This document shows, piece after piece, positions 51,701 to 58,811 of a stretch of DNA of 64,000 nucleotides (position 1 is the stretch's first letter; every line of letters begins with the position of its first letter). The DNA comes from Candidatus Saccharimonadota bacterium (GTDB lineage Bacteria > Patescibacteriota > Saccharimonadia > Saccharimonadales > UBA10212): assembly GCA_016187125.1 (NCBI GenBank), contig JACPKF010000001.1:38931-102930 (forward strand), written 5' to 3'. The notes beneath the pieces were generated by a model. It was not told where the DNA came from, made no database searches, and saw only the letters and a list, made by a program, of their open reading frames with translations. A program made the translations under genes and the position numbers.

Positions 51701-52342
51701 TCCGCCCTCGACGTGTTGAAAAGCGTTTTTGATTTGCTGCTCGCTTAGCCCGAGCGCCTTTAGCAGGGTGGTAACTGGAATTTTACGCTTGCGATCAATT
51801 TTAACGTGCAAGGAACCATTGGCAGCGGTTTCGAATTCCAGCCAGGCACCGCGAACTGGTATAACTTTAGCTCCGTAAAGATTCGTGGTGCCGTGCGGAT
51901 CAGCCGTAAAGAAAACACCGCTACTGCGGATGAGTTGGCTGACAACCACCCTCTCTGCCCCATTAATAACAAAAGTACCCCTGGTGGTCATCCAGGGGTA
52001 ATCGCCTAAGTATATTTCTTGATCTTTGATCTCACCGGTTACCTTGTTGGTAAGCTCAATAACGGCCTTGAGAGGCGCCTCGTAACTGACATTGTTTTCC
52101 CGGGCTTCGGCTTCAGTTAGTTTTGGTACCTCAAAGTGGTATTTTTTAAAACGGACACTCAGTTTAGTGCCGGTATAATCATCAATCGGGCTGACTTCCT
52201 CAAGTAACTCACCAAGGCCTTCTTTGACAAACCAATCAAAGGAGGTATTCTGGTGATCTACCAGATTTGGTGGACTCAAAATGTCGTCAGATTTTGTAAA
52301 GTACTGGCGAGTCAATGTCGCCTGAGATTTTTTGGCCGTCAA
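48770..52342 (-). CDS. rpoB: DNA-directed RNA polymerase subunit beta
   Basis: 1190 aa containing [24 protein letters not shown]. TTG start as called by the track. Confidence 0.96.
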   Translation of the reverse strand: [1190 protein letters not shown]

Positions 52343-52386
52343 AAAAATTCGCTCCCCTACCAGGTTCTTAGTTTGCCGCGCACGGA

Positions 52387-52459
52387 CCCGGTAGTGAGCC
52401 TTCGAGACCAGTTGCTTGTGGCAACTGCTAACAAAGTTGCTCGAAGGTCTACTACCGGG
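52387..52459 (-). promoter_or_regulatory. structured element in the rpoB 5' leader (long closing helix with mutually exclusive inner hairpins)
   Basis: CCCGGTAGT...CCTTCGAG pairs with CTCGAAGG...ACTACCGGG (9 + 8 bp). Inner GCAACTG pairs either with CAGTTGC upstream or with AGTTGC downstream. Confidence 0.5.
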
Positions 52460-52668
52460 CGAAGCCCACTACATTTAGACGTGCTAATTGATTTTAGATA
52501 TCAGCAGCCGCCAAAGTACACTACTTCTTGAATACTAGAATACGCAATTAACAATAAACAATCAAGCCCGACTTTAACGGGGAGCTCAGTCCTTGTAAAA
52601 AGCAAACCATTTTTTAGTAAAAATCATAAGATTTTACATCCCTTTTTACAGGGACTGACCTCTAGCAG

Positions 52669-53268
52669 CTAGCGGTGAGCAATAACTTTATCAACCAGTC
52701 CGTATTTCTTGGCCGCCTCGGCACTCATCCAGAGGTCTCGCTCTATGTCGTTTTCTATTTTTTTTAAAGTCTGGCCGGTATTTTTAGCCATGATTTCGTT
52801 TAAAAGCTGCTTCATTCTTAGGCCTTCTTTAAGATCGATTTCCACATCAGAAACTCTACCTTTGGTACCAGCGGTTGGTTGGTGGATCATAACCGTGGCG
52901 TGTGGCAGTAGCAGGCGTTTACCCTTTGTGCCGGAGCTTAGCAAAAAGGCCGCGGCGCTGGCTTGGACGCCTACTCCAACCGTCTGGATATCGGACTTGA
53001 CGTATTGCATAGTGTCGTAAATGGCAAAAGCGTCATAAACACTGCCACCAGGACTGTTTATGTAAAAGATAATATCTTTGTTGGCATCTTGGTTTTCCAA
53101 AAACAGCATTTGAGCCACAATTAAGTTGGCGCTATGTTGATTCACTTCGTCGCCTAAAAATATAACTCTGTCTCGCAGTAGTCGGCTATAAATATCGTAA
53201 GCCCGCTCAAAACGGCCTTCTTGTTCAATGACAGTCGGAATTAAAATCTGTGAAGACATTTTACTCAT
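52669..53268 (-). CDS. clpP: ATP-dependent Clp protease proteolytic subunit
   Basis: [23 protein letters not shown] and [20 protein letters not shown]. The Ser/His/Asp context is present. Confidence 0.92.
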   Translation of the reverse strand: MSKMSSQILIPTVIEQEGRFERAYDIYSRLLRDRVIFLGDEVNQHSANLIVAQMLFLENQDANKDIIFYINSPGGSVYDAFAIYDTMQYVKSDIQTVGVGVQASAAAFLLSSGTKGKRLLLPHATVMIHQPTAGTKGRVSDVEIDLKEGLRMKQLLNEIMAKNTGQTLKKIENDIERDLWMSAEAAKKYGLVDKVIAHR

Positions 53269-53351
53269 TTACATAAATTATATCGAAATTAATTAGCACT
53301 CGTCAAGTGAGAGTGCCAAATTGGCCTTAAGCTACTAGCTGGTAGCCTAGG

Positions 53352-53597
53352 CTATTGCATCCTTTGTCGTAAACCTTCAGCCGTATTATAAATAGCTAAA
53401 ATGGCAGTTCTACCAACACAGCCCCCAAACGCCTTACAAAACTCCCATTGACTACCTAGAACCCCTTTGTCCGCAATTCGTCTATTTTCAGTCTTCCATC
53501 TTGCAACTTCTGCAGTATATCGGGAATATGACTCGTCCATGCGCGCAAAACCATCCCCGGCCCGTCGTCGTCTTTCTTCTAAACCTTCAAGCCCCAT
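53352..53597 (-). CDS. hypothetical 81-aa protein
   Basis: The ATG overlaps the stop of the upstream 35-codon ORF (TAATG), with GGGAGGG 6 nt upstream. Confidence 0.35.
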   Translation of the reverse strand: MGLEGLEERRRRAGDGFARMDESYSRYTAEVARWKTENRRIADKGVLGSQWEFCKAFGGCVGRTAILAIYNTAEGLRQRMQ

Positions 53598-53704
53598 TAT
53601 GACCCTCCCGAGTGTTCGCCTTTAGTCATACTTTCTTGTGAGTCAAATAATGTTTGGCCTACAACTTCTAGATAATTTGGTGCCTGCTCTTTAGGTTCTG
53701 CCAT
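53597..53704 (-). CDS. hypothetical 35-aa peptide (MAEPKEQAPNYLEVVGQTLFDSQESMTKGEHSGGS)
   Basis: Below the track cut-off; my own translation. AGGAG lies 4 nt before the ATG. Confidence 0.3.
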   Translation of the reverse strand: MAEPKEQAPNYLEVVGQTLFDSQESMTKGEHSGGS

Positions 53705-53837
53705 AAAACTCCTATGAAAGTCATTAAACTCTTAATTTGCAAAATTTGCAAGTAGGGGCTGTTTGGTAAAAATGCCTAACAAGTCAAGTATCCCTGTTTT
53801 GGGATTGGGTATTTCGCTAGTTACTAATTGCTAATTA

Positions 53838-55151
53838 CTATTTACTGCTAGTTGCATATACAACTAGCTTAGCGACGGTTTTCTCGGTCATTAGCTGGGA
53901 TGCTACTTGGCGCTGATTTTCTGACTTATCCAGTTCAGCTTGCATCTGCGGATCTTGGTACCTGCCTCTTAATTCGTGCAGGCGAATGTCCAGTTCTTCT
54001 TGGGTGATCGATATATTTTCTTGCTCGGCGATCTCACTAAGCACCAGTCCGGCTTGAACCCGTCGCTCTGCCTCAGGGCGTTTTCTTTCACGATGCTCTT
54101 GCTCAGTTACGCCTTCTTCGTTTAGATGATCTTGCCAGGACTGGCCGCGATAAGCCAGATTCCGTTTTTCGTCTTCTTCGCCTCTGTCCAGTTGTTCTTC
54201 TACCAGCGATTTTGGTACATCAACTTCAGATTGATCGCTAATCTTATTAATAAGTTCGTTCTCATATTGCTGCTTGGCCTGCTGCTGTTTTTCTATTTGG
54301 AGCTGCTTTTTAATATCGGCCTTTAACTCAGCAAGAGTTTTAAATGGGCCAACTTTGGCTGCAAACTCGCTATCTACTTTTGGTTCGAATACCTCGCTGA
54401 CTTTTTTAACCTCAACGCTAAAAGTCACCGGCTTATTTTGAAGAGTGGCGACCCCGTAATCTTGAGGAAAAGTGATGGTAAATTCTTTTTTGTCGCCGGG
54501 CTTCACACCAATTAAGTTTTCTTCGAAACCTGGGATAAAATTGCCATTGCCGGGTACCGTCTGGTACTCGGCGCTGCCAAGCTGTAGCGGGTAATCCTTG
54601 CCTTCGACTCCGGCGATTGTTTTACCATCCTTGTCACTACCCAAAAAATCAATTACAACTTCGTCGCTATCTTTGGCCGGACGCTCGACTGGCTGGCGCT
54701 CAGCCAACCGCCGCTGCAGTGATTTAATAACGCCGTTAACATCCGCCGTTGTAACTTCAACTGGTTTTTTGGCCAGCTTTATTTTTTTATAATCTGGCAA
54801 TTTTATCGGGCCGATGACATCTAGCTGTGCCTCAAACTCCAGATCGGTAAAAGGCACAAACTTTTTTAGTTGAACTTCCGGTTTAGCAGCCGGGCGCAGT
54901 TTTTCCTGGTCTATAGCTTTGCCGTAAAGCTGGTTAAGAGCGTGCTCTATAAACTCATCCGACAGTGCCCGCTGATCAACATGTTTTTCAACTAAGGCGG
55001 CTGGCGCGGTGCCTTCTCTAAAGCCCGGGACTTTAACCTTATCGGCAAAATGTCCGAGCACATGATTTTTAATAGGTGTTAAATCATACTGATCAGCCGA
55101 GATTATAAGGTTGACATGAGTAGACGATTTGTCAGTTCTAGTTACCTGCAT
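53838..55151 (-). CDS. tig: trigger factor
   Basis: 437 aa with an FKBP-like middle region (VVIDFLGSDKDGKTIAGVEGKDYPLQLGS). Lies in the tig-clpP neighbourhood. Confidence 0.88.
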   Translation of the reverse strand: MQVTRTDKSSTHVNLIISADQYDLTPIKNHVLGHFADKVKVPGFREGTAPAALVEKHVDQRALSDEFIEHALNQLYGKAIDQEKLRPAAKPEVQLKKFVPFTDLEFEAQLDVIGPIKLPDYKKIKLAKKPVEVTTADVNGVIKSLQRRLAERQPVERPAKDSDEVVIDFLGSDKDGKTIAGVEGKDYPLQLGSAEYQTVPGNGNFIPGFEENLIGVKPGDKKEFTITFPQDYGVATLQNKPVTFSVEVKKVSEVFEPKVDSEFAAKVGPFKTLAELKADIKKQLQIEKQQQAKQQYENELINKISDQSEVDVPKSLVEEQLDRGEEDEKRNLAYRGQSWQDHLNEEGVTEQEHRERKRPEAERRVQAGLVLSEIAEQENISITQEELDIRLHELRGRYQDPQMQAELDKSENQRQVASQLMTEKTVAKLVVYATSSK

Positions 55152-55262
55152 GGACTAAATTATACCCTACGAATAATTCCCGAACTCCCATATATCAGCC
55201 TAGTAGTAAGCTGATATGAAGCTCTGAGTTTGGGATGGCTGCTAGGACAATCTGGTTTGATC

Positions 55263-56510
55263 TTACTTCTCGGGCTTAAGATTTTTTACGATTTCATCGC
55301 CAGCTATCTCAAGTTCTTGGCCAGTTTCCAAATTTTTAAGTTTGTATTTGCCCGTCGCAAGTTCTTGCTCACCAATAAATAAGGCGTATTTAATGCCACC
55401 TTTAGCGGCACTTTTAATTTTAGCGTCCAAATTCCGGTTTGTACTATCAACAGCTACATTGAGGCCTTGGCTGCGAAGCTCTGACATAACTTTCTGAGCC
55501 GGTTCGTAGACATCGCCAATTAGAATTGCTACAACGTTGGTTTCGGGCTCAAGTTTAGGAATGAGCTTGTTCGCCTCCAGAAAGTTCTGCAGCGTAACGT
55601 CTCCCATACCGAAGCCTACGGTCGGTACTGGCTCAACACCAAAAGCACCGACTAAACCGTCATAGCGACCGCCGCCAAACATCGAACGGTTGTTCTCGGC
55701 ACTGTTGTCATAGACTTCAAAAACAATGTCCGTGTAATAGTCAAAGCCGCGCACAATTTCCGGATCAAAAACAGCGTTTGTAATTTGTTCTTTTTCTAAG
55801 AGTTTCAACAATTTAGCAATGTTTTCAGGTGGTTTTTCTTCAGTCCAATATTTTCGCAAACTTGCAGCGACTTTTTCACCAACTGCATTATCAAGTGCTT
55901 CATTAAACTCATCTTCGCTGATTTTTGAACGTTTATCGAGTAGCTTACTAACAATCACATGCTGCTCATTATTTAATTTCAAATCTTTATAGACCGATGC
56001 GGCTGCTTTTAGACTGTTGACCCGGATTTTATAGTTATCTGGCTTGGCTCCAAAAACTTTTAGAATCGAATCGGCAACTTGGATTATTTCAAAGTCGGCT
56101 TCTATGTCTTCTACCCCGAATATGTCAACGTTTAACTGCCAATGTTCGCGCAGCCGGCCGCGTTGTGGACGTTCGTAGCGCCACAAATTTGGAATACTAT
56201 ACCAGCGCAGCGGATAAGCCAGTTCCTGGCGCCTGGCAGCTACCATGCGACTGACACTTGGTGTCATTTCCGGACGGATAGCTACTTTGCGGCCGCCTCG
56301 GTCTTCAAAGCTGTATAGTTGCTGATTTACGATTTCATCGCCAGTTTTTGCGGCGTATATCTCAAATGGCTCGATTAGCGGCGCGTCATACTCATGATAA
56401 CCAAAACTCTCAACTACATCACGAAGAACGCCAAACATATACTTTTGTTTGCGCTTATCTTCCGGATAAAAATCCCGAGTCCCTTTATATGGTTGTGTAT
56501 TCAAACTCAT
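55263..56510 (-). CDS. hisS: histidine--tRNA ligase
   Basis: KGTRDFYPED, RYERPQRGRLREHWQ (motif 2), GGGRYDGL (motif 3), and a C-terminal anticodon-binding domain. Confidence 0.9.
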   Translation of the reverse strand: MSLNTQPYKGTRDFYPEDKRKQKYMFGVLRDVVESFGYHEYDAPLIEPFEIYAAKTGDEIVNQQLYSFEDRGGRKVAIRPEMTPSVSRMVAARRQELAYPLRWYSIPNLWRYERPQRGRLREHWQLNVDIFGVEDIEADFEIIQVADSILKVFGAKPDNYKIRVNSLKAAASVYKDLKLNNEQHVIVSKLLDKRSKISEDEFNEALDNAVGEKVAASLRKYWTEEKPPENIAKLLKLLEKEQITNAVFDPEIVRGFDYYTDIVFEVYDNSAENNRSMFGGGRYDGLVGAFGVEPVPTVGFGMGDVTLQNFLEANKLIPKLEPETNVVAILIGDVYEPAQKVMSELRSQGLNVAVDSTNRNLDAKIKSAAKGGIKYALFIGEQELATGKYKLKNLETGQELEIAGDEIVKNLKPEK

Positions 56511-57167
56511 GATTTGCCTCCATTATAGCCTAAGGTATCTGGAACGTCTCGCCATACATCTATAGCCTTATAGACCATCCCTAAATATATAGATTCGCAA
56601 TCCATAACTACGCCGTAACCCCAATCTTTCAAGGTATTGCCACTGACGGTAATGTCATACATGGTGTCAGCTCTACCACTGTCAACCATAAATTCAACAG
56701 CACTAGACACTTGAATAGCTACATTTAAGGCTAGACTCCTTGACACTTTGGCAAGACTTACTGGATATTTGGTTGCTACGCTAATAGCATTAAGACAGAA
56801 TTTATCATATAGTTTATCTTTAAATTGACAGATTTCCTCCTGGGGTGCTGCTATCACAAATCGCCCGATTGGGTCATTTAATATTTGCTCAAAATTGACC
56901 GATAAACCCAAAGGGGTGTATTCAACTTCATCGTAAAAATCTGATCCTAAAAAACCTATGTCAGCCGCTTCAGTGTTTATGTTTTCTAAAACAATATCAT
57001 CTCTTACAAGATAGAATTTTCGGCCTTCGGCTTTGATGAACCGACCTCTTATAAAACTCAGGCGCGTTAACTCCTTGTTGCCGGAGCCAATTGATAGAAT
57101 TATCTCTATTTTTGCCTTTTGGTATTAGAATTATGCCAGCATTTCTGGCAATCTCTGGTGCTTTCAC
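56507..57167 (-). pseudogene. hisG: short-form ATP phosphoribosyltransferase (HisG-like) interrupted by a +1 frame change in a T4 run
   Basis: From the GTG at 57167 (AAGGAG upstream) the sequence reads (M)KAPEIARNAGIILIPKGKNRDNSINWLRQQGVNAPEF, then stops at 56997. The +1 frame continues IRGRFIKAEGRKFYLVRDDIVLENINTEAADIGFLGSDFYDE...ATKYP...GRADTMYDITVSGNTLK. The shift is near 57048-57059. The stop overlaps the hisS ATG. Confidence 0.55.
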
Positions 57168-57201
57168 AGTCGTTCTCCTTTAACTTAGATTGGTTTGAAT
57201 T

Positions 57202-57229
57202 AAAAAAAACGCCGGGCAAACCCGGCGTT
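57202..57229 (-). terminator. Rho-independent terminator downstream of tRNA-Leu
   Basis: In minus sense, AACGCCGGG-TTTG-CCCGGCGTT is followed by TTTTTTTT. Confidence 0.7.
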
Positions 57230-57350
57230 AGGTAACTTTAGACAAAGAAATAACTAACCGAGTCGCTCCGGCGGAATATGTAGATGGAGTTGGTTAATTA
57301 TTTCGCACATACTTAATATCATATTAATTTTCTCTAATTTGTCAACGAGG

Positions 57351-57408
57351 GGATGAAAGGACAGCGCTCTGGTCCGCCGACTGGCGGACGCTGGGTTAAC
57401 CTTCATCC
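57351..57408 (-). other. composite hairpin 11 nt downstream of tRNA-Leu containing the GTCCGCC-GACT-GGCGGAC motif
   Basis: GGATGAA(A)GG...CCTTCATCC is the outer stem, CAGC/GCTG the middle, and GTCCGCC/GGCGGAC the inner. Confidence 0.5.
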
Positions 57409-57418
57409 ATTTGTGATC

Positions 57419-57503
57419 TGGTGCCGGGAAGAGGACTCGAACCTCCACAGATTGCTCCGCTAGGTCCTAAACCTAGTGCGTCTACCAATTTCGCCATCCC
57501 GGC
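57419..57503 (-). tRNA. tRNA-Leu (anticodon TAG), long variable arm, CCA-encoded
   Basis: Reverse complement is GCCGGGATGGCGAAATTGGTAGACGCACTAGGTTTAGGACCTAGCGGAGCAATCTGTGGAGGTTCGAGTCCTCTTCCCGGCACCA. Confidence 0.9.
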
Positions 57504-57650
57504 ACATTAAAAGTATACCAACCTGCCCCGTACCAATTCCTGAACGCAGAAGAGGTTGAATATCCGCCAGCTGGCGGACTATTTCGAATTATCAAGAATT
57601 GGTGTGGGGTTTCACCACATCCCCGAAATGAATCTTGCAACAGGGGTATT

Positions 57651-58187
57651 TTACTTGATTTTACGATAAAAGACTAGTTGGCTGTCGCCATAATTTTTAT
57701 TCGTCACGACTTTCATTCTCTCAAAGTCTGGTGTATTAGTATGGCCGGGATAGGACAACACAGCTAAACCGCCTTTTTCGATATGACGGTTCATTAATTT
57801 TTGCAGTATCTCAGTTTTGATCTGATCGTATGGCGGATCCAGTAGTACAACATCAAATTTTACTTCCATGTTATGGATGCTCCAGCCGCCGACATTGGCT
57901 TTGACCGCCTGCATCTGTTTTTGCAATCTCAGTATTCTAATATTCTTAAGAATATTAGAATGGGCTTTTTTGTCGATTTCTACTGCCACCACGCTCTTGG
58001 CGCCGCGGCTAATGGCTTCAAAGGCCAGTGCGCCGCTGCCGGTAAAAGCATCTAAGAAAGTCAGTCCCTCGATATCACCAAGTGTATTAAACAGCGCACC
58101 TCGAACTTTCTCACTCATGGGATGAGTTTTATGCCCATGCGGCTCGTGGAATATTCTGCCCTTGAGACTGCCTGCGATGATCCTCAT
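57651..58187 (-). CDS. rsmD: 16S rRNA (guanine966-N2)-methyltransferase RsmD
   Basis: MRIIAGSLKGRIF, HPMSEKVRGALFNTL, LDAFTGSGALAFEAISRGA and LLDPPY. Confidence 0.85.
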   Translation of the reverse strand: MRIIAGSLKGRIFHEPHGHKTHPMSEKVRGALFNTLGDIEGLTFLDAFTGSGALAFEAISRGAKSVVAVEIDKKAHSNILKNIRILRLQKQMQAVKANVGGWSIHNMEVKFDVVLLDPPYDQIKTEILQKLMNRHIEKGGLAVLSYPGHTNTPDFERMKVVTNKNYGDSQLVFYRKIK

Positions 58188-58250
58188 TATCTCTATATAT
58201 AGAATAGCAGGCTAGATACTACACAACTTTTACCGTATAAAATATCTAAA

Positions 58251-58811
58251 ATGGAGATGACACCGGAAAAGAAGCTCAGATTTACTGACATAACTGATTT
58301 CATGTTCCTGCATTCAATGTGGCTGAGTCTTGCTAAACCAGAAAACTGTGCAGGCATAATGCAGATTCAAGAGTTTTTAAATGAAAAATTAGGTGAAGAA
58401 ACTTATTCAGGGCCGATCTCTCAAGTTGAGTTAGCAAAAATACTAAGCGAGCAGTCAAAATCTTACTTAGAGTCTTTAGGCATGTATGTTCCCTCTGAGC
58501 CAATGTTGAGATGGTTAAACGCCAGCCAAGCAGAAGTAACTTATGTCCTAGAGCCAAAATGGCTGCCTGCAGTATTCGTAGAAGCATCTCATCATTTCCT
58601 TTCCGAAGAAGAACGGCGGGATAACTTATTCCGGCTTATGATTGATGGCCAATCTCAAGATGAGATAGAAGGGGCAATAAGTGAAGGCTGGATTGATCCT
58701 TCCGGTGCATATGACGTAGATGTGATGATGGCTCAAGATAGCTATGACCTATCAAGACGAGCAGGAGAAATCCTGTTGACTTTAGCGAAAGGTGTTAATT
58801 TAAGTTCGTAA
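58251..58811 (+). CDS. hypothetical 186-aa protein
   Basis: Plus-strand ORF whose 3' end overlaps the recG 3' end by 17 nt. No family recognised. Confidence 0.4.
   Translation: MEMTPEKKLRFTDITDFMFLHSMWLSLAKPENCAGIMQIQEFLNEKLGEETYSGPISQVELAKILSEQSKSYLESLGMYVPSEPMLRWLNASQAEVTYVLEPKWLPAVFVEASHHFLSEEERRDNLFRLMIDGQSQDEIEGAISEGWIDPSGAYDVDVMMAQDSYDLSRRAGEILLTLAKGVNLSS

Noticed and set aside
52587-52657. CAGTCCTTGTAAAAAG...CTTTTTACAGGGACTG inverted repeat after clpP, as a terminator
   Set aside because: The loop is 39 nt and there is no U-tract on the minus strand. The single non-Watson-Crick pair is favourable only on the plus strand, where no gene is nearby. This is too ambiguous to call.
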